Shown here: piece after piece, positions 1 through 50,952 of the stretch
How the letters are laid out: each line of letters opens with the position of its first letter
How positions within the stretch are numbered: position 1 is the stretch's first letter
Source: Botryllus schlosseri
Lineage: Eukaryota
NCBI GenBank assembly: GCA_051294905.1
Contig: CM119371.1
Span: 20,586,001 to 20,650,000, forward strand
Length of the DNA: 64,000 bases
Reading direction: 5' to 3'
Made by a program: the position numbers and the translations under genes
The notes under the pieces: generated by a model
Database searches by the model: none
Seen by the model: only the letters and a program-made list of their open reading frames with translations
What the model was told of the DNA's origin: nothing

Positions 1-1114
1 CCAAAGCAAATATTGTCCAATAATGAGACATCCGACTTCATCCTCAAGTCTTCAGGCATAATCACAAGTTATTTTTTGGATTACTGATGATGTGCAGTGG
101 TACCGCTTTGTGGAAATTTCCGCCATACACGGGGACAGACGGTTTTGTTAACAGTATTGCGATGATCTAACATTGCGTGCATTCATAAAGCGCAAGGTCA
201 TCTACCATTGGGTTTTTCATTTGTCTGCTGAGCCGCTGTATTGTCTGCCGCATCGCCGCGGATTCGGTATTTGTTAGGATTGGAAATCGCTATTGTATAC
301 AACAGCGTGCGTGTGGTTTTTCGGTAACATCCATCCTTCCTTTGTTTCTACATATCTTGATGCCAAGTTTTATATTTAAATGATAAATCAGAACGTTGTG
401 AAAAATTCCCGCTTTTACGAATCTATTGGAATCATTTATGATGAAAAACGTCCGCCGATTTGGGAATAGCCTACGCAGCCAACGATAAAGCCATGCAGCG
501 CTAGAACATGATTTCCTTTTTACAGCATTTCCACATATCACAGTTGAAATTGAGAATTCAGGCACCAAACATGTTCACAGCGCGATTTACATAATATGTT
601 CGAGGCAAAACCGGAAAAAGTGAATGAGTAAGACTTCGAGTCTGCTCACGGCTTGACTTGGAAAACGTTTGATCAAACGCCGCATTTTCAGATCATATGC
701 AATCTCAGATCGTCACTGAATACCATAACCACAAAAGTATAACTCGAAAGAGCGCCATCTTGATCCATATTACCTGGCGTATAGGAGTTTCAAGTTATAC
801 CTGGATAAGCGGAATGGGGCATTGAACCAATATCTGATAGTAAATTTGAATGTTTATTGTTCTTGCCATATCCTGCAGCTTGCATCCAATATGTGTCTGA
901 AATATCCTCGGATGATTGCATCCTCTAACCAAAATGGCTGAAAGCATCGGCCTAGATTGATACCAGTGACTTTTCCCCTAATATTTCAATTGACCACTTG
1001 GCTATATAACTTATTATATAATAAAAGTGTGGATTTCGTTATGGTATTGAAATTAGAAAAGCAATATGGCTCAACTCGTGAAAATTTGCATATTTTGGGC
1101 ATAGGTCGTAGACG

Positions 1115-2617
1115 CAGAGGTCGGGAACCTATGGGTCGCGAGCCATATATGGCTCTTTGACAAATTTTTATTTTTGTACTGAATTGATCAATATTGCAGC
1201 AACTTGTTAATAAATTTTCATCACGACCAGAATAATTATTCCCGTGGCAGTAGGAACATATCTTTGAGAGGCGAAGGCAATGCCGTCATCAGGCTTGGGG
1301 GCTTGAACTCTTTTCAAAATCCTCAAATTTAAGTTACTCTCGCGCCGACAACCAATATCACTCGCGAATTCGAGGTAGCCAACCCGACTTGAAATCTTGG
1401 ATTGATCAAAGAGAATAGCTGACATGGAGACACCAATATGACAACACAGTTTTCAAATACACATTGTCTTCCTGATCTACGGCGCGAAATGAACTACCAT
1501 GGACGTGACATTCACAATTATTAACTCGAATTACAAACAACGCCATCGCTATCCAGTACGTTCTTGTTTGGCAAGTAGCTCTACCGGCGATAAAATAGGC
1601 GTGTAGCGCAACGTGATATGTTACGGCTGAATACTTTGAGGATTGGGAAGTCGATCAGTATTTAGATTTCCGGAATCAGTGCGACAGTTACATTGTATAA
1701 ATATCAGTTATAATAAATTCTAAGCTATTTACGATGAATTATTTTATCAATGGTGATCGAGGCTTGGCTGGTCCGTGCCTTACCTCTCATTTTGCGCCTT
1801 ACTTTCGAATAATAAAATGCAAATTGTGTGAATTTGGTAGAAAAATGTTCAAAATCTAGTCATTCATGAACATCAATAGAAAATACCAATAGTAATTGAA
1901 GGTTTCAAAATCATCGTTAACAGCTTATATTGGGTAGGCCTATGAATAGATTGGTATAGTGGCCATGTTTGGCTCCACCTACGCATGTGATCATGGGTTC
2001 TCGCATTTGAAAGGAGCATCACAGCGAACCTACGTTCTCGTAACTCAAATTTCGCATGCTCAAGTAAGGCAACCAGCATGATAAGCTCGATTTTGTACGG
2101 AGAAAATATGGCGCAGACGACGAATCTCGTGTAGAGAGTTAAGCGACAACGCCGCGACACCAATGGCTGTTGGTTCAAATCTTGACTCTGCCATGTTCCC
2201 ATGGGTCTGAGGTTTATCTGGGCCCCTCATCGCCGATCCCGCTGTTACCGCAGCGTCTTAAAAAGCCCAGAGGAGGAGTAAGTCGAGCTCCAAAGTCGGC
2301 AGCAGAGACCACAAATAGGACGCACGAATGCGATAGAGAATGGGAGTGCGCGTGCAAGTAGAAGACGTCCTCGAGACCCAAAGCAATGACATTGAAATTT
2401 ACGAAATGTAATGTCGTGGCGCACAAGGCCTGAACAGGCGTTAAGCGCCAATGTCGCTGTGTCATAATAATAATATTCAACAATAATTATTATTACCATG
2501 ACGTCAGAAATATTCAATTGTGACGTAACGTCTGATTGACATGTATGGCTCTTTCGGAGGTAAAATGAAAAAAAGGAGGCAAATATGGCTCTTCGTACAA
2601 AAAAGGTACCGACCGAG
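1115..2617. mobile_element. Degenerate hAT MITE containing a SINE-like insert
   Basis: Left end CAGAGGTCGGGAACCT..TGGCTCTT; decayed right end TGGCTCTT..AAAAAGGTACCGACC; no clear TSD. Confidence 0.5.
2200..2490 (+). repeat. Dispersed SINE-like retroposon with (ATA)n tail; copies at ~39577-39833 (+) and ~22803-23060 (-)
   Basis: Shared text CGCAGCGTCTT..GGGAGTGCGCGTG..GGCGCACAAG..AACAGGCG.TAAGC followed by ATAATAAT. Confidence 0.75.
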
Positions 2618-2639
2618 TATATATGTCTGTATATCATAG

Positions 2640-39137
<36,498 letters not shown>

Positions 39138-39379
39138 GAGTTGGGACGGGACGGATGACATGATCATAACTATTGATGCTTTAGCATATTTTGATTTGAT
39201 ATTGAAATGCCCTTTTTGTACGAAGCTTGTAGAGAATACTACGACTCGTGGATAAACATGTTTCGTGATTTTCTGACACCGTAATTATAGTGTCATGTAG
39301 GTATATATTATGCGCCTATAACTTTCCTTAACTATTAACGTCATTTGTAAATTTTGTCTTTGAATACTTGATTCCGCGA

Positions 39380-39385
39380 AATAAA
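39380..39385 (+). promoter_or_regulatory. Probable polyadenylation signal of the host gene
   Basis: AATAAA downstream of the terminal exon stop. Confidence 0.45.
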
Positions 39386-41247
39386 CATGTATCACCAGGG
39401 TGGTCGTTGTTATCTTCAGATTAAATATTCAGTGTCCCCAGCTCAGGCAGAGGACACTCCGGCTTTTTGTAAGTACTGCTGACAAGGCGCTGAAAACATG
39501 ATTGCTAGGTTCTCTTATGCTGCCACCAAGCAAATATAGTACGAATATTTATATTAGCCCGAAATCATGATCATGGTCACCCAGCTGTTAACGCAGCGTC
39601 TTGAAACAGTACAGAAGAAGAGTGAACCGATCTTGGAAGTCGGCAGCAGCGAGCTGAAAATGGACGCGCGAAACCGAGAGAGAATGAAGAGTGGGAGTGC
39701 GCGTGGAAGCAAAAAGTCGTCCCATCACCCAAATCAAAGACACTGAACTTTAAGAAATGTACTGTCATGGCGCACAAGACCTAAACAGGCGATAAGCACC
39801 ACTGTAAAAGTGTATTGATAATAATATTAATAATGCCAGATCTCGAGAAAAATTAAAAGATCTCGAGAAAAATTAAAAGATCATGAGCAAATGCCAATCT
39901 GGTTGACGGGTCCATTCGTGGATATATCCGCATTATGTGACATAGAAAATTTCAATCAGAAAAACGCACCATGTTAAACTCGGGTAAAACTAAACCAGTT
40001 ACAAATTTATCGTGCTTTCTGGAATATTTGAATTGCTACTGTAGAAGTGGTTTTAGTGTAAGGGTCACCAACTCTAAACGGGTTGTGGTCACTTTCCAAA
40101 TTTCTTAGACGCCGCGGGCCGCAAGAATTCAATGTCGAGACAAGAGAGGCCACACAGTTGAGCAATAGCGTTTCAAAACTTTACGTCAGTACAATGTTGT
40201 ACTCTCCTACGTGGGCGACCGTCATGTATTATTTTATAAAAGGTACATAAATATGATTACTTTCTCCTTATTTTAAGCAATGAGCTGCGCACGATACCGG
40301 ACAACGCTTGTCAGCGACTAAGGACTCCATATTGGGGTTAGCGAGAGACTTAGCGTAGCATTTAAAACAAAAATCCATTCAAAACAAATATTTTCACAAC
40401 AGGACTCTGAACTGGGTGATAAAATCAAAATGACTCGAATTGAGTCGGTTTAAACGTTAACATAAGTGGATGACTTGGAATGCCGTGAGTTGGTAAAGCC
40501 ATGGACGCAACAAACTATGAAACTGACATACTCATGAAATTAGGAATACTAACATAAGAAAAGGTCCTAGCAGGCGCTGCGTAGCTTGGCGGATTTCGCT
40601 ATCCAAGAAAGTCGAAATGGCAACCATTGGCAGTCTGTTGCCACCTTGTTGCATAATTAGTTACATCTTGGGTGTCTCTATCCATGTTATTATCGACAAT
40701 TAAAGTTAACAAGTAGCAAAGTGGTACATTAGACAGCTGTAAGTAACACCTATCGATTTTTAGGACATTGGACATGTCTTGAAAAAAGTGTTTTAAAACA
40801 CCGTTTATTCTAAATGCAACCCCATTCTTACACGCCGCAATATCGTCAAAGCAACCCCATAGGCTATTGCTCCAGTGTGACATTTCAGGATGGTTCACAA
40901 CTGCCGCATCTTGCTGCATCACCAGACCATGTTGATATAATAACCGTAGTTGGTTCCGGTTTAACCACCGCAGCATCACCCAGCATCGACTGTAGCGTCT
41001 AAAATTCAATAAATCATCTAACCATTCAACCAAATTTTCTAAATAAATAGTCGTCTGCCTCCAAGTATGAGTGGAGTGTGGTACTAATAGTTTTGTGCCG
41101 TGAAGACCAGTGCTATTCCGTTATTTATCTTCTTTAAAGATTGGTAATACAGACTTTAAATACTTCGAAAGTCAGGATGTTATATGGGAATGAAATATAC
41201 ATATGAAGACCATTTGTTTCTCTATACTCAGAAAGTTCATTATGAAC

Positions 41248-42213
41248 CAGTGTTGGTATCAAGTCACTACCTTCGAGTCACGAGTCATTTCGAGTCATTG
41301 GACATTTTGACTCGAGTCAAGTCAAGTCAATCGATTTTCGAAGGTGACTCGAATCAAGTCAAGTCACCCGATTTTTAAGGGTGACTCGAGTCAAGTCGAG
41401 TCAAGTCAAGTCAAGTCACAAGTCAAGTCACAATTCAAGTGAAATTGAATTTCGAAGTATGAGTGATGATTCAAAGTCATCACATTATGCTAAATGTGTG
41501 AAAGACAGATGAATTGGTCATCTATCTTGAGTCAAATAACGAACATAAAGTTAAATAAACATGCAAAAAGACATTGCATCGCCCACGCACACGTACAACT
41601 GCTATTAGAATACGTGAGTAGCTGTACAGTTACATGCTACAGTCAGTTATAATCAGCCAAAATATAGGACCGAATACGAAGCCCCGAGAAGTTGAAACAA
41701 ATTGATTTGGTACAATAGCCTACACTACCCATCTACACATCCGTAAGAATATAAACGCACAGACTATATTTGTTCGATTTATATCATACAAGAGGGTTGG
41801 CAAAACTGAGCAATGCGCAACGTAAGCATTGAGCCGTCTAAGAAACTGAGACACATTGCTATTAGATTAATCTGCTACTGGTACGACAACGTCAACTGTG
41901 ATCGTTTCGTTTCCGGTCAAATTATTTGTGATGTAACAATGGAGGATCAGTGTAACGTACAATCAGTGAATGACTGATTGCTCTCACAAGTGACACCGGC
42001 GTATCTTGAACAATCCGAACATACACAAGATACATTGATTTAATCGACACTGTTTACTTAATGACTTGAAATTGACTCGTAAATTTTGCTCCGAGTCACG
42101 AGTCAATGCAGATTTATGAAGCTCCGAGTCAAGTCAAGTCAAGTCATTTTTGCAAAGTGACTCAAGTCAAGTCAAGTCATACGAAAATGTTGACTCGAGT
42201 CATCGCAACACTG
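41248..42213. mobile_element. hAT MITE with (CAAGT)n/GACTCGAGTC subterminal repeats
   Basis: CAGTGTTG / CAACACTG ends, exact TSD TTATGAAC. Confidence 0.9.
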
Positions 42214-45200
42214 TTATGAACTGTGCCCAAATCCATTCCACGATAACGTATTCTTTTCAGGATCCTAATCCCGATTTAATAAACAAAAAAAGGCACAGAA
42301 TGAATTCGAAATCAAACACAAATGAACCGAATTTTGGTCTCGGAGCTTTTAACAACTGCGATATATGTGTCTCTACGGACATGAATTATTAAGGGTATTT
42401 CTCAAACCTTGTGAACGCGATTGAAATCCGAGTATTATTAACATGTTGCAAACCAAACCGTGCACGTTGAATGCAATGCATCTAAGGTTATGAAAACATT
42501 TTCATGGTTCGTGAGAAGGTATATGGACATTGGACAAACATACGATATCTATTGGTCTTTGAAGCATGATTCATTACAGAAATTCATTAACTCTGTGAGG
42601 TTGTTGTTACAGAAATTTATTGCTCATAGTTTTAAAGCACTGGTCATTCTTTCCGGCTGTTTGCTTACACTGATTAGCTCTTTCCGTTAATAGCTTGTAT
42701 CCGTTGTTTAGTCACAACTGCTTGCACGCAATTTAAGCTGAAATACCGCTGAAATACCAATTTGAATGTGTACCGTATTTTACTGTATTGACAAGATAAT
42801 TGGAAAACGTTATTGTGATTTAAAAATTCAACTGTGTTTCAACCTGAGCAAGTCAGAGATCATCTCTTCCTCCCTTTTCCACAATACCAGCACATTACAA
42901 TACGGCTTAATGGAGAAACCAAATTCCACACAAATCGTATAATGATATCACACCATTGTAAATAAGAGCAGGCCCATTCATCATGATTCAGCAATATCTT
43001 CAAGACAACTTTGTGCGCGTGACACGCATTGTCATCGAGACTATGAGAGTGGAGTTGGAAATGGTCAAAGCATCGAAGAAAATTTATTTTGTAATGAAGC
43101 AAATATTACGTGCATCAAAAGACGATGGACTTTTATGCTGAACAAACCTAAGCTTAATTGGGTTGGGATTCGATAATTACCTTGATTTTATTTTCATTAG
43201 ATAAAATTCAATTTATTTTGTGAATTTTAAGTATTTGAAATTGATATTAATGAGGACTTGTTAGGAAACGATTTTGTAAGTTCAGAATTTCCCAATATAT
43301 TGAATAGCTATGTACTCACATTCATCTTCTTTATCCTGCAAACACGGAAAATATCAATTAACCACTTTCACTATTGTATCATAATGATAACATATATTCA
43401 CTGCAAGTAACACTAACACTGATGTTCTAGGATTAATTGAGCCGATGCATATTTTTAAGGATACCTCTATAATCGATTGCCTTTGTCAAATTCCAGTTTA
43501 CTTTCTATACCAACTCGAATCAGTGTCCATCAATAAATTGATGGAGCTTTTTCGAGAGAAAACCAATAATATATCCTACTTATATATTAGTAAACTTGAC
43601 AATTTAGTATGCATATAAATGGGTAAAGTCAACATAAGCCTACATGTACTTTTGGCGATCTCATCCGTATTGCGATGTCTTTGCGATGTCTTTGATGTAA
43701 TCGTTTGGCTTAGTCATGCCATTTTGACGGTATCTAGATATATTACTGGTTGTTTGTAACGATAACTTGGCTTGAAACAGTGTTGGGAGGGGTTAGGGCT
43801 GTGATGGATCAGGGTTATGGCTGGCGCCCCAAACTCAATATTGGTCGCGGATTATATTCGGACATTTTTATCGCCTGCGAACCGAACCATAGTAAAATAA
43901 TTCCAAATGATTACTTTTAAATCCAGGCCCTCATTTTTGGTGCGTCACTTCATCATCAACAATATGAAAACAAAATTTATAATATTACGAATCATAAGTC
44001 ATTCCTTGTATCATCAACTTTATTCGCAATAATTGAATTGACACGAATAGAATTATAGGCCTCTTGATTACAGCTGCGAGACACTTTAACATTGATCATC
44101 AACCCACTGGTCATGACTATATATAACTGATAATACTTCATTTTCCATATAAGTTCGTGACTGCCAAAAGCCTTCGTGCAATATTTCACTCAACAAACGA
44201 CGCTTAAATTGAATTATAATCCCATACGATCAGAGAATTGAGCATGGAGGAGCATACCCTGTGAGCAGCATTTTCATTGACATACTGACTGAACCAGCGA
44301 TGTGAGATTTTGATATTTAAGCTTTCAACATCTGCGATCCATGTGTCTCTATAAACATTTGTGGATTAGGTTGTTTATCTAACCTTTTGAGTGCGAATCA
44401 AATCCTAGTTTTGTTATTATCATACATGAACAAAGCCGTACACGCGGGGTCCCAGCAAACACGAGATATATTTCGGACATGTTCGGATATCTAATTGTTA
44501 TCCTAATTATCTCAAAATTGTGTTTGTGCATATCTTGTACGGAAACGTATCTTGAGTACATCTTTTTCTTATCCAACAAATTTCGTCAAAATGCCGAAAA
44601 TATATTTGTGATGAATCAAATTCGATTATTGTTTCATTTTATGGTATAATTTATCTATACTATCAATTTTATTGATGTCTTACTCTTATGGGGTAATATG
44701 TCACCATAATTGCCGCTATCGAATCATAGCAATTTACATCTTTGTAAATTTCTATGATCGAATGTTTTTCCTTTTGTCACACGCCGCTTTCGCGTGATTT
44801 TGCAGATATTTTGATTCTTGGCCATTCCAAATTTTGGAATCCGAATCCATTAAGGCTTCAGGCGGCAATTTGAAAGTCTTATGAATTCTGGGTAATCCGA
44901 AAAACTGCTGCCAAAATAATGCTATACTATTTGATAGTTCAATAGAAAAATCCTGCTACAATCCGACTGTCAAAGCAAATTCAGAATCCGGATCTACTCC
45001 GGCTACGCTGAAAACCATCCGGCTGCTCATCCGTACTCCGTAGTGTAGCCGTCCAGCCGTCATAGCCGAGTGACTCACTGGCTTAAGGCACTTTCTCCTC
45101 ACGCGAACACCCGTTTCGGCGCGCAGGTTTCAAACCGCCAGACAAAAGACAGAAGCGCTCTGATAATGGCGGCTTGCAGTGCAGATATCGTTGTCGTTTT

Positions 45201-45574
45201 GGTTTTAGTAGCATTCAGGGAAATCGCAGTTAATTGAGGCTAATCCAAGCATATTTCTATAGAAGAATACCGAAAACTGCACTGTGCAAGGTAATTTATA
45301 TATGCTTCTTATATAATCATAGTTAAGGACTTGAGGTAATACGATATAACTTCATAGAACTAGTCTAGTCTTTCTGGTAATGTGATGTCCATCATAACTA
45401 GGCGGCTATGTCTGAATATAATTCTGTGATTCATTTCAGATCAACTAATAAACTATGGAACTCGTGCGGCTTATCATGAGCACATTTTCTGGATATCAAC
45501 TTACTCAAACCTTACTTTAAGGATTTGCTGCAAATGAATATAGGTGGGTATTAGTCGATCAATAAATCGAGCAA

Positions 45575-48491
45575 TCATTTGCTGTTGTGCTTTTTGTTGA
45601 ACAAGAACAACAGGTTGCTGTTGCTGTAATACATAAAAGCTGGAAAACCGATGTAGAATTGATCTCACTGATTCCATAGCTTCTATCTTATGAATTGTGA
45701 ATTGTGCGAAATTGTTTGTATCTATAATAGTATTGCATGGCTGGTGGTTGCGTAAGAATGCAAATAGCACGGTAAGGCCAAGAACAAAAAGCAACCATAA
45801 TATGATAATCGCAATTGGTCTCTGTATAAAAGATACAGATGAAATGCTCATCCAGTAAGTTATAAACTCAGATTAGCGTACTGTTTACTCAGATTAGCGT
45901 ACTGTTTTCCAAGTGGGCCTACCTTGCCATCTACATTATTCATCTGTTTTAGATGTATGGAAGGTAGCTTTTAGTGATGTAATAAAAGTTGCGGAGAGTA
46001 GTGGCTTGCCCACATCTTTGTCATTGTCTGGACTGAAAATGAAGCGCAGCGGCCAAAACGTCAGCGGAACAAACAATTTTTGAATAGTTCGGCGTCAACT
46101 GATGGTCAAGGTATACCCTTTTATTCTGTGCAATATGGTATATATATATGTAAAACGTTTATAATTTGTAGATGATGTTTTTCCTGCAAGGAAGAAACGT
46201 AATCCAAGTATTCAGATACAAGACATGCCAATTTCAAGAATGCGGTCATCTTATGATTCTGGCAAGCAGGAGTGATATCAATGATGCTCGCAATGCAAGT
46301 TTGCCATCATTAGCGAAAAGAGTGTTCAAGAATGGCATAATCCCATCATTGAATGTAACGGCCAGAGATCTAAGTCCTGCAGTAAGTTCCTAGCACTTTG
46401 ATGCGGTCTCGAATTTGAGAATAAAGTCTCGCTGTTTTTCAGATGCTCTTTCATTTGAAATCATCGCTGAACTACAAAATTTTGACCATCAACAACGCGG
46501 CCTGTCATAAAGTAATGGTAAGTTTATCACATATGAAGATCAATCCAACTTCCTTGTAATCGAATCCTTTTTAGCTTGTGCATCAAAGACATAAAGTTGC
46601 AGAAAAACCAGATGATGGATTTCCTCAGACATCATATCGGCAATTACTCCAAAAGACCTCAATCGAGTGCCCCAATTTTGCTGAAAGATATAATTGAAGA
46701 TCCCTGTGAAACCTTGTCACAGCTGAAACACCTTTAAACAACGGCAAAGTCTGAACTGGTATGTTTTTGTTTCTCATTCGAACAAAGCGATTGACAGTCT
46801 AAATCAGGGGTGTCCGCCGACACCAAGGAATCATTTTCAGACACAGCAGGGGTCCTTTTCGAAATTAGTTCTATCATCCAAAATTGAATTGCCAATGTGA
46901 TTTATTGCGAAATCGCAAAGTCAACCAAGCCTTTGATGAGCGTGACCATGAAATTTATGGTGTGGATGGTTTTATCTAGAATGCCCATAAATGTCATTGT
47001 TAATTATGGTGCAAACCATTGATGCAAGGCAGTACCATCTGTATTGTGTACCACTAATATAATGTTGTTACAGGTAGCCGCTTTAATGGGATTCCGGGGT
47101 GTACAATTGCCGGAAACTGTCGAAAATATGATGACCAGCATAGCTGTAAAGAAAGTATATGGAAATCCTAGTCTTAAGGGTCAAAAAAGCAAGAGTGACA
47201 CTTGAAAAGACTATTAGACGTAAGTTATCAACGGTTATTGACGGAAATTGAACGTAATCAACGTAAAAAAAAGTTGAGCCAAAGCCTCGATTTTTCAACA
47301 TTTTAATCGTTTGACGTCATATGTCGTCACTGATGTGCAAAGTTATCTACTTTAGTACTCTAGTTGTTGATGAGTTTTGTTCGTTGTCTGATGGCTGATG
47401 TATAATATACCATGACTGGACAGTGGATATCTTCATCTAATTATATCTCTTTTTAGAAGCATGCAGATCGGCTCATCCTGACCTCGAGATCCCAGATAAA
47501 AGAACTAAAGATCAGGTTGCAAGATCTCTAACTGTTGCTCGATCTTGCAAGGTAAGTTTGTTATTAAGTTTGATGATTGTGTGGTGTGACAGTTGTGTCT
47601 TTTATGATATTATTGGACTGTAAGTGAATTGTTCTTACCGCTCATCTTCAGAACATTGTATATCAGTGGTCCCCAAACTTTACGAGAAAATTTACGAGAC
47701 AGGCCTTTGACAATTTCCCTCCGCGGGTCGCATTTGTCTCACACGGGGAGAATAAAATTTAATTTGAATAACTCTACTTCATGTTGATTTACAAAATAAT
47801 TTTAAGCAACATCGATTTTGGTTCAGACAATAACCTGTCTAAAAAATTTTATACTCTGGGAATTAAAATATTCGAAAATTTCTGGATCGTGTGAATTTTT
47901 GGAAGGTACTTCGCAGTCATAAAAATTGTCTCGCAGACCCCAGTTTGCGAACCACTGCATATATTTACTATGCCGTACATGGAATGAGCGATCATTATCA
48001 CATCAGCCTCTCACAGGCAACTATTACCATATTAATATTAAAATGATAATGTAAAGAACAATCTTCACCCCGTGCCCAAACGATAGGTTTTGAAATCCGT
48101 TCCCAGCAGCACGTCTTCATGACGCCAATAGCATGAAAATCTTCTCTATAATGAAAGGCATTAATGAACTTGAACAGGTTCTGGTTTCTCATCTTGAAAG
48201 CGTAACTGCGTTAATTATATCTTCAGTGTAAAAGTAAAGGTCATGTCGCTTTTGAAAGAGGGCTTGAGGTCTTTTGGTTAATGTAACTCAGATCACCATC
48301 CCATTTTACCCACAACCAAACACATAACGACTTCTGTTCTACAGTGATAATAATCAATTGTAGTAATTTACTCATTTATGTTATAGGGTGGCGATAAAGA
48401 AGATAACAGGAGCAAGGCTGTCATCACAGAGTCTGACAATTCCGACAACGATTTCGAACTTATGCTTAGGCAGCAATATTTGCTGAAGTGA
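45575..48491 (+). pseudogene. Decayed spliced DUF4806-like accessory gene inside element A
   Basis: Exon remnants: FAVVLFVEQEQQVAVAVIHKSW (~45578); 46575-46758 (..IIEDPCETLSQLKHL*); 47074-47219 (VAALMGFRGVQLPETVENMM..SLKGQKSK, then stop/frameshift); 47457-47551 (EACRSAHPD..DQVARSLTVARSCK); 48387-48491. GT-AG boundaries; in-frame stops. Confidence 0.62.
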
Positions 48492-48646
48492 TTGTGCAGT
48501 TCTGTGCTGATTTAATACACGAACAAAGCCATGCATGATTTGTAAAATCATCAGTCAGTCTTCATTGATAAGGGTAGTGCAGGATGTGGCAGGTCCAGGT
48601 ACCCAACCAGGTTCAGGGGTCACCTAGGGTCAGGGTTCATCTAGGG

Positions 48647-49862
48647 CAGAGGTCTCAAACTCAAACGTGGTCGCGGGCCAATTTCTAGTTCTTGATGGTG
48701 CCACGGGCCGCAGCAACAATAATAGGGGTTTTCAATGTATTTCAAAGTATAGGCCTTATTTTACGGGACCTTGCAGACTGGCATACCGCTCGCAACGCGA
48801 AATGGGATTTACTTTCGTTAATTCACGTCTGGTACGCAAAATATCAAGATTCTCAAATCTCAAAATTGTTGTTGTACTTGGCATATTATATCAAAATATG
48901 TAGTTATAGACACCATGCGAAAGTATAAGTGGACATTTGACGTGCCGCAATTATTGGTAGATTATATTAAAGTCTAACAAATATTGACCTGGTCGGAGCA
49001 TTGGAGCAATACGTCCTAATCGGGGTTGCGGGCATACTCCTGATAACTTGGCTACTGATCATGCCATTACCAAAGTAAAGTTATATCAGCGTTAGATTTA
49101 CAGACCTATAACCATTGCCGACTGCTTAATGTGCCATAGCAATATAAATTCCTAGTCGCCGACGAATCCATTGGTATTACAGCAATGGAGCGTAACACCG
49201 CTACTTTTTACTCGCCACCTTCAATAGGCAATATTAACATGGTTAAAGAGACCCTATATTACGCATAAAATAACTAACTTCACATTCAGGTCGGAACAGA
49301 ATGCCAAAGGTTGCCGTACCGACCTACTTAGATAGTTAAATACGCTCCGCAACGCAAGCTACGGCCTTTTGATATATCACTATTTCAGTTTGTTCAGTTC
49401 ATTTACTATAACAGTTCGTTGCGTCTGTGGTTGTACCAAGTCTCGGCTTTCCGAATCACACGTCCTTCTCTGATTGTAACGTTTTACCCGACTCAACGCG
49501 AGTTTATTATTTTATCACCGATTCAGTATGAGTTCGAGTAATTCTACAAAACGTCGCGCCCAAGTATAAATCACAATTGTCCGTCACCAGTTATCAAAAG
49601 GTGAAGTCCTATCATCATAAACGGGTAATGTGACGTATATAGCGGATCTTCTAACGTATGGTAAATTTTGAAAGAGATGTAATAGTAAAGTTTCAGGATT
49701 TTGGAGTAGTTTTAGAGCGAATTTCAAATTCTCAAATCTAAAAAAAGATATGAGGCAGGTAAATATGGTGGAATTCTTAAAAATCCAAAATGCCGACGCG
49801 GGCCGCACAAAATGATCTGGCGGGCCGCATGCGGCCCGCGGGCCGCGTGTTTGAGACCTCTG
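48647..49862. mobile_element. hAT MITE nested in element A
   Basis: Perfect TIR CAGAGGTCTCAAAC, exact TSD ATCTAGGG. Confidence 0.92.
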
Positions 49863-50952
49863 ATCTAGGGTCAAGCAAGATATCATGACAATGTCATACA
49901 GGTATCTTTGAAGATGTCCTATATATGTGCAAATGTGTCGACAGATTTATATAAACAGTACATATGACTAGATATATTTTGAAGTAGTTGAGTCATATAC
50001 AAAATATATCTGCAATATATTCTGTGTTTGCTGGGGTGAAATGCATCCAAGGTTATAATAACATTTCCATGGCCTGCGAGAAGGTGTGGACAAACACACG
50101 CTTCCTAGTAGTACACTGTAAATATTTTAGTGTCTTTAAAAGCATAAAAGATATCACGTTTCATGTTCAAAAAGATATCACAATAAAATGTGCTTGATGC
50201 TGTGTATATTGTGATTTAGGATTTATGTGCTATATATATAGTGCTTCATGATTCAAGCGCTATCTGAGCTGTGCTACGGCTTGATATGGATTACTAAATA
50301 ATCTGGCGTACTCGACGACTTATCCTGTTCGAAACCAGCAATATATGAACATTTTATTATAAACGAAACAATTGATGAGCATGCTTTCAAGACATGTTAT
50401 CAAAAAAATGCACTTGTAAGCATTCAACGAAATTTACAAATCTTGCACATATACCTGTACTTGTAAATACTTGTAAATTAACAGGCTAAGCAGCATTTAA
50501 CTATTTAACAATACTTCGATTGTCACGTCAAGTCATGCCAGACGTAGAACTTCAGAGGTACAAATAAGTTATAGTAGTTACTTATATCTAGATGTCATGA
50601 CCAAAGGGGGAACAAGTATAGACAAAATATAAGGGACACCGAACCATCAAGTTCCTGGAATACTTTCTATACTAGATTGCTTGTACAAGCCAGCACCAGA
50701 ACTTCAATAAATACGAGGTGGTGCAAATTCAAAAGTATTGACTGCCTTCACAGTTAGATGCCAAGCTAAAAGTAGGAACTAGCATAACGAAAAGACAAGC
50801 GACACTGCTGGAATATTTGCAATGTCAGATTGAACATTAAATGACAAGACGTGAGTAGAATTGCCAACTTCAAATGCGAATGGACCAACGAATGATTGTA
50901 AAACTCAATGGAATGCTATCAGAGGTCTTCTGCTGCGGCAGACTGTTCGAAT

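Larger units (their letters stand above)
44451..50035 (+). mobile_element. Non-autonomous EnSpm/CMC-type DNA transposon, ~5.6 kb (element A)
   Basis: TIRs CCCAGCAAACAC(GAGATATATT) and (AATATATTCT)GTGTTTGCTGGG. 2-bp TSD GT at 44449-50 and 50036-37. GATAT/ATATC-rich subtermini. No transposase ORF. Confidence 0.82.

Noticed and set aside
39839..39882. Short exact tandem duplications (also ~3745-3787, ~45865-45906, ~61817-61900)
   Set aside because: Ordinary slippage or repair duplications.
45501..45851. 116-aa minus-strand ORF with a hydrophobic N-terminus
   Set aside because: Antisense to the plus-strand DUF4806-like N-terminal exons; likely a shadow ORF.
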